Positions 56,875 through 63,453 of a stretch of DNA of 63,453 nucleotides are shown piece after piece. The notes under the pieces are model-generated. The model was given only the letters and a program-made list of their open reading frames with translations, was not told where the DNA came from and did not search any database. Within the stretch, counting starts at the first letter, position 1, and each line of letters starts with the position of its first letter. The translations under genes and the position numbers were made by a program. Origin of the DNA: a virus (lineage: Duplodnaviria > Caudoviricetes); the IMG/VR virus record IMGVR_UViG_3300046028_006969, positions 1-63,453 of that record, one strand, 5' to 3'.

Positions 56875-57123
56875 ATGAACGAACGAATTAAAGCACTGTT
56901 ACTTAATGAAAGAAATATGTTTGTCAATGGGGTAACGGAATCTAATAACAAAATATACATTCACGGTTCAGAAGAAAACTTGGAAAAATTCGCTGAACTA
57001 ATTGTTAGGGAATGTATCAGAATTGTAGAAAAAAACGAAAGTGAGATGCATTACGATAATGGAATGTATCCTGTATATCTTACAGTTTGTGAGATTCGAG
57101 AACATTTCGGAGTTGAAGAATGA
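56875..57123 (+). CDS. MNERI family mini-gene
   Basis: MNERIKAL...EKFAELIVREC...REHFGVEE. Confidence 0.85.
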   Translation: MNERIKALLLNERNMFVNGVTESNNKIYIHGSEENLEKFAELIVRECIRIVEKNESEMHYDNGMYPVYLTVCEIREHFGVEE

Positions 57124-57446
57124 ATGATGTATTCAAATTTAATGAACGTGAGTTGGTAAACATCGAACACGCCGCAAAACCTCAAGCAGGTGATTATTGG
57201 GCAGAACGATTTAGTCCGTGTTTCTTGGTGTTAGAAGCCAATGCTTTTTCTGTGTCATTTTTATCAAAAACAAAAATCGTCAATGGTGATAAATTTTGGG
57301 ATGTATCACATATAGAATCATGCACACCAAAAGAATTCCAACGCCGAGTGTCTTATGGTACAAATGCTGGTACATGGTGTGATTGCACACCCAACTGGAA
57401 GCATGCCAAGGAATATATTGAAGAAGCAAAGGAAATGTTAGTATGA
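57120..57446 (+). CDS. hypothetical protein
   Basis: PQAGDYWAE motif; ATGA-coupled. Confidence 0.7.
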   Translation: MNDVFKFNERELVNIEHAAKPQAGDYWAERFSPCFLVLEANAFSVSFLSKTKIVNGDKFWDVSHIESCTPKEFQRRVSYGTNAGTWCDCTPNWKHAKEYIEEAKEMLV

Positions 57447-57718
57447 AAATTGTAATTAATACTTGTTTTGGTGGTTTTAGTCTGTCTGTAGCGGCACTAG
57501 CTCGTTATAATGAATTGGCTAATACCAATGTTGAATATTATTATGCCATCGAGCGTAATGATCCATGTTTAGTACAGGTCGTTGAAGAACTTGGTGAACA
57601 AGCCAATGATGTTTTCTCTGACCTAAAAATTGTGGATATTCCTGATGGTATTTCTTGGTATATCCAAGAATATGATGGTTTGGAATCTATACATGAAACA
57701 CATAGGATTTGGGATTAA
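57443..57718 (+). CDS. conserved phage hypothetical protein
   Basis: KIVINTCFGGFSLS, RNDPCLVQVVEELG and EYDGLE motifs. Confidence 0.8.
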   Translation: MKIVINTCFGGFSLSVAALARYNELANTNVEYYYAIERNDPCLVQVVEELGEQANDVFSDLKIVDIPDGISWYIQEYDGLESIHETHRIWD

Positions 57719-57790
57719 TATTATCATCGGCGGACACCGCCATCTTATACTATATTATAATGTTGTCAAGGGCTAAATTAAAAATAGTGC

Positions 57791-57819
57791 TTGACAAATA
57801 CCACAATACATGGTATAAT
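57791..57819 (+). promoter_or_regulatory. sigma70 consensus promoter
   Basis: TTGACA-17-TATAAT with TG. Confidence 0.85.
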
Positions 57820-57841
57820 ATAATTTTTAACCGAGGACATT

Positions 57842-57991
57842 ATGGCAAGAACTAAAGATGTATGGGCAGATATTCAGGAAATGGCAGATAATGGCTATGA
57901 CGCTGAAGATATTGCACTGATTATGGAAGTTGATATTAACCATGTTAGGGCTGCACTAGGTCAGCCAGTTGAAGGAGAATCCGATGAATAA
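57842..57991 (+). CDS. 49-aa acidic HTH-like protein (not in ORF track)
   Basis: GYDAEDIALIMEVDINHVRAAL; RBS GAGGA. Confidence 0.6.
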   Translation: MARTKDVWADIQEMADNGYDAEDIALIMEVDINHVRAALGQPVEGESDE

Positions 57992-59159
57992 GAACCAAAA
58001 AGAATTTATTATTGCAGCTACTGAAAAGTATGGTGTTGGCGCAACAGTTACCCGTGACCAAATTTCTGATACAGTAGAAGAATCTGGTTGCACATATCCT
58101 TTTTGGTTGGTAACAAAAGCCGAACACCGTGCTGGTCGTGGTTTATATAAAGTGCCTGTAATTCCAGGTTTCGTACCTGCACCTAAAGTTGAAGAAAAAG
58201 AACTTGCAACAGTTGATTTGTCTGCACAGGTTCTAACATTCCGTCAACCTAAACTTGTAGATGAATCAGATACATCTATTCCTGTAAAGTACCCAGATTA
58301 TGTCCCTTTTGGATTTTTTAAGGACCTACGTAACATTATCCGTTCTAATATGTTCTATCCTGTTTTCGTTACTGGGCATTCCGGTAATGGTAAGACTCTT
58401 ATGGTTGAGCAAGTTTGTGCGGAACTCCAACGTGAATGCATTCGAGTTAACATTTCTATTGAAACTGACGAAAGTGATTTACTTGGTGGTCCTACTCTTG
58501 TTAATGGTAATGTCGTTAATCGTGACGGCCCAGTTATTATTGCAATGAAACGTGGCGCTGTCCTATTGATTGATGAAGTTGACCGTGGTTCAAACAAACT
58601 AATGTGTCTGCAAGGCATTCTTGAAGGCAAACCATATTACAACAAAAAATCTGGTGAATTGGTTACACCAGTTAATGGTTTCAACATCATTGCTACTGCA
58701 AACACCAAAGGTCGTGGTTCAGACGAAGGCAAGTATCTGTCACAAATTCTTGATGATGCATTCCTTGAACGATTCCCTATTACAGTAGAACAAGAATATC
58801 CTGATGTTAAGACTGAAACAAAGATTCTTACACCATTGATTCCTGAACCTGATTTTGTGAATTGTTTGGTGTCTTGGGCTGATACAGTTCGTAAGACATT
58901 CAAAGAAGGCGGCACAGATGAAATTATTTCTACACGCCGTTTGGTTCACATTGCAAAAGCATATACAATTTTCAAAGACCGTATGAAGGCAATTACCTTG
59001 TGTGTCAATCGTTTTGATGAAGAAACAAAGACTGCATTCCTTGACCTGTATACCAAAGTTGATGCAAAAGTAAATGCACCTGAACCTGTTGCACCTATTG
59101 CATCAGACCCCGTGAATGTGAGAGCAGTAGGAACATTTCTTCCAGATTCACCCTTTTAA
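57984..59159 (+). CDS. cobS: CobS/MoxR-like AAA+ ATPase
   Basis: GHSGNGKT, LLIDEVD, ATANTKGRG, AFLERF and ISTRRL motifs. Confidence 0.88.
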   Translation: MNKNQKEFIIAATEKYGVGATVTRDQISDTVEESGCTYPFWLVTKAEHRAGRGLYKVPVIPGFVPAPKVEEKELATVDLSAQVLTFRQPKLVDESDTSIPVKYPDYVPFGFFKDLRNIIRSNMFYPVFVTGHSGNGKTLMVEQVCAELQRECIRVNISIETDESDLLGGPTLVNGNVVNRDGPVIIAMKRGAVLLIDEVDRGSNKLMCLQGILEGKPYYNKKSGELVTPVNGFNIIATANTKGRGSDEGKYLSQILDDAFLERFPITVEQEYPDVKTETKILTPLIPEPDFVNCLVSWADTVRKTFKEGGTDEIISTRRLVHIAKAYTIFKDRMKAITLCVNRFDEETKTAFLDLYTKVDAKVNAPEPVAPIASDPVNVRAVGTFLPDSPF

Positions 59160-59174
59160 TTGAAAGAAAATATT

Positions 59175-59513
59175 ATGGCTACAAATCTTAAAGTACGTAC
59201 AGGCAAACAAAATCGCCACGAAAAAATTACTGTTGTTATGTTGTCAGGTTTACCTGTGTCACCTGATGACATTAAAGCCTGTTTCAAGGGCACAGACCAA
59301 GAGGCAGTATTGTATCGTTTGCCGACGAATATATATAATATCCGACGCGATGGCGGTGTAATCAAAGTGTTCAAAACAGGACGTAATGTAACTGCATACC
59401 AACTATTGAATTTCAAAGAGTTTAACGCACAAGGACGATACATTGGTCGGCCTATTAGTGTTACACCTGTTGTACGTGAGGAAGAATTTACGCAGGAACT
59501 GGAGACTGTTTAA
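59175..59513 (+). CDS. hypothetical protein (possible winged helix)
   Basis: YRLPTNIYNIRRDGGVIKV..GRNVTAYQL. Confidence 0.65.
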   Translation: MATNLKVRTGKQNRHEKITVVMLSGLPVSPDDIKACFKGTDQEAVLYRLPTNIYNIRRDGGVIKVFKTGRNVTAYQLLNFKEFNAQGRYIGRPISVTPVVREEEFTQELETV

Positions 59514-59791
59514 TGTCTGGTTGGAGAAAGCGTCAGATAGTGGATAAAATGGAGGAAAATATGAAGAAAAAAGACCGAAAAAATCTACAATTCCTAATGA
59601 GTTTAGACAAACACTCTATGATGTCCTGGTGGATGCACGCTCCCAAAAATGACAAACTTTATGCAGAAGAACTTTTGGATGCTTACCAAAAAGAGCTTGA
59701 CATTGCCACTACTTTAGTGTATGATGGCCCTATTGATTCAGGATTTCCTGATGCAAAGAAGATACTTAACAAATTTAGAATTAACTCTTAA
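59513..59791 (+). CDS. hypothetical protein
   Basis: DRKNLQFLMSL motif. Confidence 0.65.
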   Translation: MSGWRKRQIVDKMEENMKKKDRKNLQFLMSLDKHSMMSWWMHAPKNDKLYAEELLDAYQKELDIATTLVYDGPIDSGFPDAKKILNKFRINS

Positions 59792-59802
59792 CTGGAACTT
59801 AT

Positions 59803-60075
59803 ATGATGAAACGTGAATGGTTTGAATCCGTACTTAAAAATGAAATCGTTACTATCACCTTTACAAAGAAAGATGGTACTGAACGGGAAATGCGTTGTAC
59901 ACTTAAACAGGATTTACTACCTGTGACTGAGGTTGTTGAATCCACTGAAGAAGATAGACCAAAACGCGCAAAGTCTGAAACATCAGTATCAGTATTTGAC
60001 CTCGATTTAAATGGTTGGCGTGCATTCAGTATTGATTCGGTGAAAACCATTACATTCAATTTAAGTGGAGTGTAA
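59803..60075 (+). CDS. WYL_2/DUF2693-like SH3-fold protein
   Basis: FTKKDGTEREMRCT and VFDLDLNGWRAF motifs. Confidence 0.8.
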   Translation: MMKREWFESVLKNEIVTITFTKKDGTEREMRCTLKQDLLPVTEVVESTEEDRPKRAKSETSVSVFDLDLNGWRAFSIDSVKTITFNLSGV

Positions 60076-60077
60076 TC

Positions 60078-60302
60078 ATGTGGAAAACAGTTGAGGTTGA
60101 CGTTGATGTAGACCTTTCCGATTTTGATGATGAAGATTTGATTGAATCCTTAGAATACCGTGGATATAATGTTAACAAAACAGGATATAAGTATGATGGA
60201 GATAATCGAATTGAAGAATTATACCAAGCAATCAAGCTTGGTAAACCTTATGATGAGTTAGTTAGAAAATTTGTTATGGACTGTACTGGTCGTATTTTGT
60301 GA
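60078..60302 (+). CDS. acidic hypothetical protein
   Basis: VDVDLSDFDDEDLIESLEYRG. Confidence 0.7.
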   Translation: MWKTVEVDVDVDLSDFDDEDLIESLEYRGYNVNKTGYKYDGDNRIEELYQAIKLGKPYDELVRKFVMDCTGRIL

Positions 60303-60310
60303 GGTAAAAA

Positions 60311-61204
60311 ATGAGATTTGCGTTAGGTTCGGATATTCACCTAGAATTTGGTGATATTGAATTAAAAAATACTGAAGATGCCGATGTATTGGTACTTTCT
60401 GGTGATATTTGTGTTGCCAAAGATTTAGCTTTCACTGATAGTATTAGATCCAATAAATGGATGAAGTTTTTTACTCAATGCTCTGAGCAATTTCAGAATG
60501 TTATATACATTATGGGCAACCATGAGCATTATAATGGAGATTTTGCAAAGTCTTATGGTCAATTGAAAACCGCATTGTGCGAATTGCCTAATATTGATGT
60601 TATGGAAAAAGAATCAATTAACTTTGGTGATGTAACTTTTGTTGCAGGTACTCTTTGGACTGACATGAACAAGGAAGACCCTAATACCTTGTATGGCATC
60701 AAAGGTTATATGAATGATTACCGTGTCATTGAAAACAGTGATGCAATGGTTCATTTTAAGCAAATGGTGCCCATGCTGAATGATGATTTTTCTGAAAAGA
60801 AAGATGATAAAGGTAATACGGTATACCAAACAGAATTCCATACACGACCAGGTAAATTTACACCAGAACTTTCTGTTATTGAACATAAAGCAATGTTGCA
60901 ATTTATCCGTGATGTTGTTGACCATAGGCCTGAACATAAGTTTGTGGTTGTTGGTCATCATGCACCATCTAAACAGTCAACAAAGCCAAAGTATGAAAAA
61001 GAAGTAATGGTTAATGGTGCATATAGTTCTGACTTGTCCGAGTTTATCTTGGATCGGCCACAGATTAAAGTGTGGACCCATGGTCATACACATGATAAGT
61101 TTGATTATATGATTGGTAGTACACGGATTGTTTGCAATCCACGTGGATATATAAACTATGAAGATTGTGCAGACAATTTTCAGTTACAATATATTAATGT
61201 TTAA
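60311..61204 (+). CDS. calcineurin-like metallophosphoesterase
   Basis: SDIH, GDI, GNHE, HHAP, HGHTH and NPRGY motifs. Confidence 0.92.
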   Translation: MRFALGSDIHLEFGDIELKNTEDADVLVLSGDICVAKDLAFTDSIRSNKWMKFFTQCSEQFQNVIYIMGNHEHYNGDFAKSYGQLKTALCELPNIDVMEKESINFGDVTFVAGTLWTDMNKEDPNTLYGIKGYMNDYRVIENSDAMVHFKQMVPMLNDDFSEKKDDKGNTVYQTEFHTRPGKFTPELSVIEHKAMLQFIRDVVDHRPEHKFVVVGHHAPSKQSTKPKYEKEVMVNGAYSSDLSEFILDRPQIKVWTHGHTHDKFDYMIGSTRIVCNPRGYINYEDCADNFQLQYINV

Positions 61205-61384
61205 TTATTAAAGGAAAAAAATGAATGATTCAGAAATCAAATTGAGTACAACTCTTGTTAACTCTATTCTACAATACTTAGCTACAAAACCTTTCCAAGA
61301 AGTGTTTCAATTTATTGAAGCAATTCAAAAAGAAGGTAATCCACAACTTGCAGCACTTGCCGCAAAACAAGAATCTAAAAAATA

Positions 61385-62089
61385 ATGAAAATTTATATTG
61401 GTCCTTTTAAAAATTGGGTTGGCCCTTATCAAATTGCAGAAGCACTTTGTTTTTGGGTTAAAGACGTTAAAGATGAATATGGTTTTGAAAGAAAACCTGA
61501 TTGGGTGCATGACTTTGGTACATGGTTGGCCGGTGGTGATAAAAAAGATTCATGGTTGATGAAACTATGTAATTGGATCGAAAGCAAAAAGCACCGCAAA
61601 GTTAAAGTACGCATCGACCCCTATGATACATGGAACATGGATGGTACGCTAGCGTATATCATTCTGCCCATGTTGAAACAACTACAAGCAACTAAGCATG
61701 GTTCACCTTTGGTTGATGATGCAGATGTTCCAGAAGGTCTTAATCTCCGTTCAACTGAAGCACCACCAAAAGAAAATGAATGGGACACTGATGACAATGT
61801 TCATAATCGTTGGCAATGGGTGTTAGCTGAACTTATTTGGACTTTTGAGCAATTGCACAATGACTATGATTGGGAATCACAGTATCATACAGGTGAACAT
61901 GATTTGGTTTGGAAGCCTGTTGATAAAGAAGGCAACGAAGTGCCTAAAGAAGATGCAAAACTGTATCAAATGGAAAAAGGTCCAAACGATACGCATGAAT
62001 GGGATAAAGATGGATATATGGCACACAGCAAGCGTATTGACAATGGTTTGCGTTTGTTTGGTACTTACTATCGCGGTCTTTGGGACTAA
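61385..62089 (+). CDS. conserved phage hypothetical protein
   Basis: DTWNMDGTLA and GLRLFGTYYRGLWD motifs. Confidence 0.8.
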   Translation: MKIYIGPFKNWVGPYQIAEALCFWVKDVKDEYGFERKPDWVHDFGTWLAGGDKKDSWLMKLCNWIESKKHRKVKVRIDPYDTWNMDGTLAYIILPMLKQLQATKHGSPLVDDADVPEGLNLRSTEAPPKENEWDTDDNVHNRWQWVLAELIWTFEQLHNDYDWESQYHTGEHDLVWKPVDKEGNEVPKEDAKLYQMEKGPNDTHEWDKDGYMAHSKRIDNGLRLFGTYYRGLWD

Positions 62090-62092
62090 GTT

Positions 62093-62299
62093 ATGCAATT
62101 GGATTCAAATAAAAAAGGACCTTCATTTCATCCAGGCCAACGTGTCTATGTTGCATCATTAAAAATGCAAGCTACAGTTATTGAACAATTGTTATCATAT
62201 GATTATCCTGAATCATTTTGGGGTAATGTTCGTGTTAGATATGATGACGGCATCGAAGGTGTTTCAAACTCATGGCAACTTATGGCAGTGGTTGAATGA
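62093..62299 (+). CDS. small SH3-like hypothetical protein
   Basis: FHPGQRVYV...VRYDDG. Confidence 0.6.
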   Translation: MQLDSNKKGPSFHPGQRVYVASLKMQATVIEQLLSYDYPESFWGNVRVRYDDGIEGVSNSWQLMAVVE

Positions 62300-62428
62300 C
62301 AGGTGAAGAATTAGAAAAAGTTGGGCAAGAATTGGTTGAAATGTTTGGTGATAAATTACCACATCACCAACATGAACCAATTCGTTTTGCCTACTATCTT
62401 AAACTGTATCGTTATGTGAAGGAAAAAG

Positions 62429-62683
62429 ATGAGCAACGAAATTGACAAAGAAAAACATTCCGAACGCCTACACAAAGAACAAGTAAAGATTGCAAAACAG
62501 GTAAAGATTGCAAAAGCATCTGGTCTAACAGATAAACAAATTCAACCACACAAGTACGCAAAGAAACACGCAATGGATTGTGGCAATCCTGGTTGTATTG
62601 TCTGTGGTAATCCTAGAAAAATATACAAAGAGAAAACAATTCAAGAGAAAAGTTTTGAACAAATGAAGGTGCAAGAAGAATAA
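62429..62683 (+). CDS. basic Cys-motif protein
   Basis: DCGNPGCIVCGNPR. Confidence 0.75.
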   Translation: MSNEIDKEKHSERLHKEQVKIAKQVKIAKASGLTDKQIQPHKYAKKHAMDCGNPGCIVCGNPRKIYKEKTIQEKSFEQMKVQEE

Positions 62684-62922
62684 TGTTTAATGTAATAAAT
62701 TATTTCCAGGCCAAAGAACGCCTCAAAGAATCCATCAAGACTATTGAAATGATGGGTGGTGAAGATGAATGTCAACCCATGTTGTTAGGACAAAGGGATT
62801 TCTTGATGCTTGAGGTTGATTATTACCGTGACGAATTTAAATCAAATTGTTTCTATCTATTGACAGCAACATCCGTTTGTGTTATACTATACTTTATCAA
62901 CAACTATTTTAGGATTTTATGA
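62683..62922 (+). CDS. hypothetical protein with a C-terminal TM
   Basis: 79-aa ORF; contains promoter TTGACA-17-TATACT at 62860-62888. Confidence 0.6.
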   Translation: MFNVINYFQAKERLKESIKTIEMMGGEDECQPMLLGQRDFLMLEVDYYRDEFKSNCFYLLTATSVCVILYFINNYFRIL

Positions 62923-63131
62923 AAACATCTGCAACATTTAAACTATCCAAGTATGCAAAGACTATGATTGCTTTGCTGCCTTTCCATGACAAACAACAAC
63001 GTAATGCATTCAGAAAAAATATGGTTGAAGGTGAATACTATGCTTCAACAGTTGAACGCCAGATGATGGGTGTAAATGCTAAGAGTAAAGACGAATAAAT
63101 AAAAACCTAACCACTAACTTGAAAGAACATT

Positions 63132-63453
63132 ATGAGCACATTTATCGAAGTATTTTCTATTGAAAAAAACACCAAAGTAATTATCAACCTAGACACAATT
63201 CTAGAAATTGCACCACTTAAAGAAGGCGGTTGCAATTTGTTTTTCCCTGATGCAGCAGCAGTTGGTGGTAAAAACTCTATGAAGGTCACAGATTCATATA
63301 CACTATTCAAACAATTCGCATTGGAAACTGTAACACCTGATGATATTGCTGCACGTATTCGCAATATGCCAAAGGTAGAAGTTCAACCTTTTCCTCGTGA
63401 AATTCCTCAAGAAGAAAAACGTGGACCTGGCCGTCCAAAATCTGTTATAGGTA
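63132..63453 (+). CDS. hypothetical protein, 3' truncated; AT-hook-like KRGPGRPK
   Basis: MSTFIEVFSIEK... open to the window end. Confidence 0.6.
   Translation, partial: MSTFIEVFSIEKNTKVIINLDTILEIAPLKEGGCNLFFPDAAAVGGKNSMKVTDSYTLFKQFALETVTPDDIAARIRNMPKVEVQPFPREIPQEEKRGPGRPKSVIG

Noticed and set aside
40199-57123. MNERI boxes as a CRISPR array
   Set aside because: There are three different boxes, irregular spacing, in-frame coding inserts, dispersal on both strands and no cas genes in the window.
40199-57123. Diversity-generating retroelement or integron
   Set aside because: No reverse transcriptase, no template/variable repeat pair differing only at adenines, no tyrosine integrase and no attC-like palindromes are seen. 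Such enzymes elsewhere in the genome cannot be excluded.
57984-59159. Cobalamin biosynthesis
   Set aside because: No cobN or other cob genes are present; CobS/CobT-like names in T4-like phages reflect MoxR/vWA homology only.
1-63453. Stop-codon reassignment
   Set aside because: Core genes are full length under the standard bacterial code, TAA, TGA and TAG all end genes, and no suppressor tRNA is present.

Overview
This window is a 63-kb segment of an AT-rich T4-like (Tevenvirinae-type) myophage genome. The host is probably Gram-negative, given spanins plus a GH19 endolysin and sigma70-type early promoters. From left to right it carries: the 3' end of a DUF2828/Ro60-like vWA gene, a structured hairpin and three tRNAs; the replisome (gp43, uvsX, gp41); a DruA/DUF4338-like gene and a sugar-modification cluster; a late-promoter cluster of His-rich proteins, several with T4-like capsid-targeting N-termini; the lysis cassette; primase, thyX, nrdAB and rnh; and about 27 kb of early accessory genes. 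Four features are unusual. (1) A family of about 13 dispersed mini-genes (MNERI...EKFAELIV.EC...HFGVEE) has three DNA-level conserved boxes and sits at ATGA stop/start overlaps like mobile cassettes. (2) A TGTTG-N8-CAACA palindrome lies upstream of six early promoters that all have 16-bp spacers. (3) An internal-protein gene holds a 750-bp modular block bounded by a 32-bp direct repeat. (4) A split ligase-like gene, a nuclease-like gene and a nucleotidyltransferase-kinase gene form a possibly packaged enzyme set. All family calls come from motif recognition by eye; no database searches were run.
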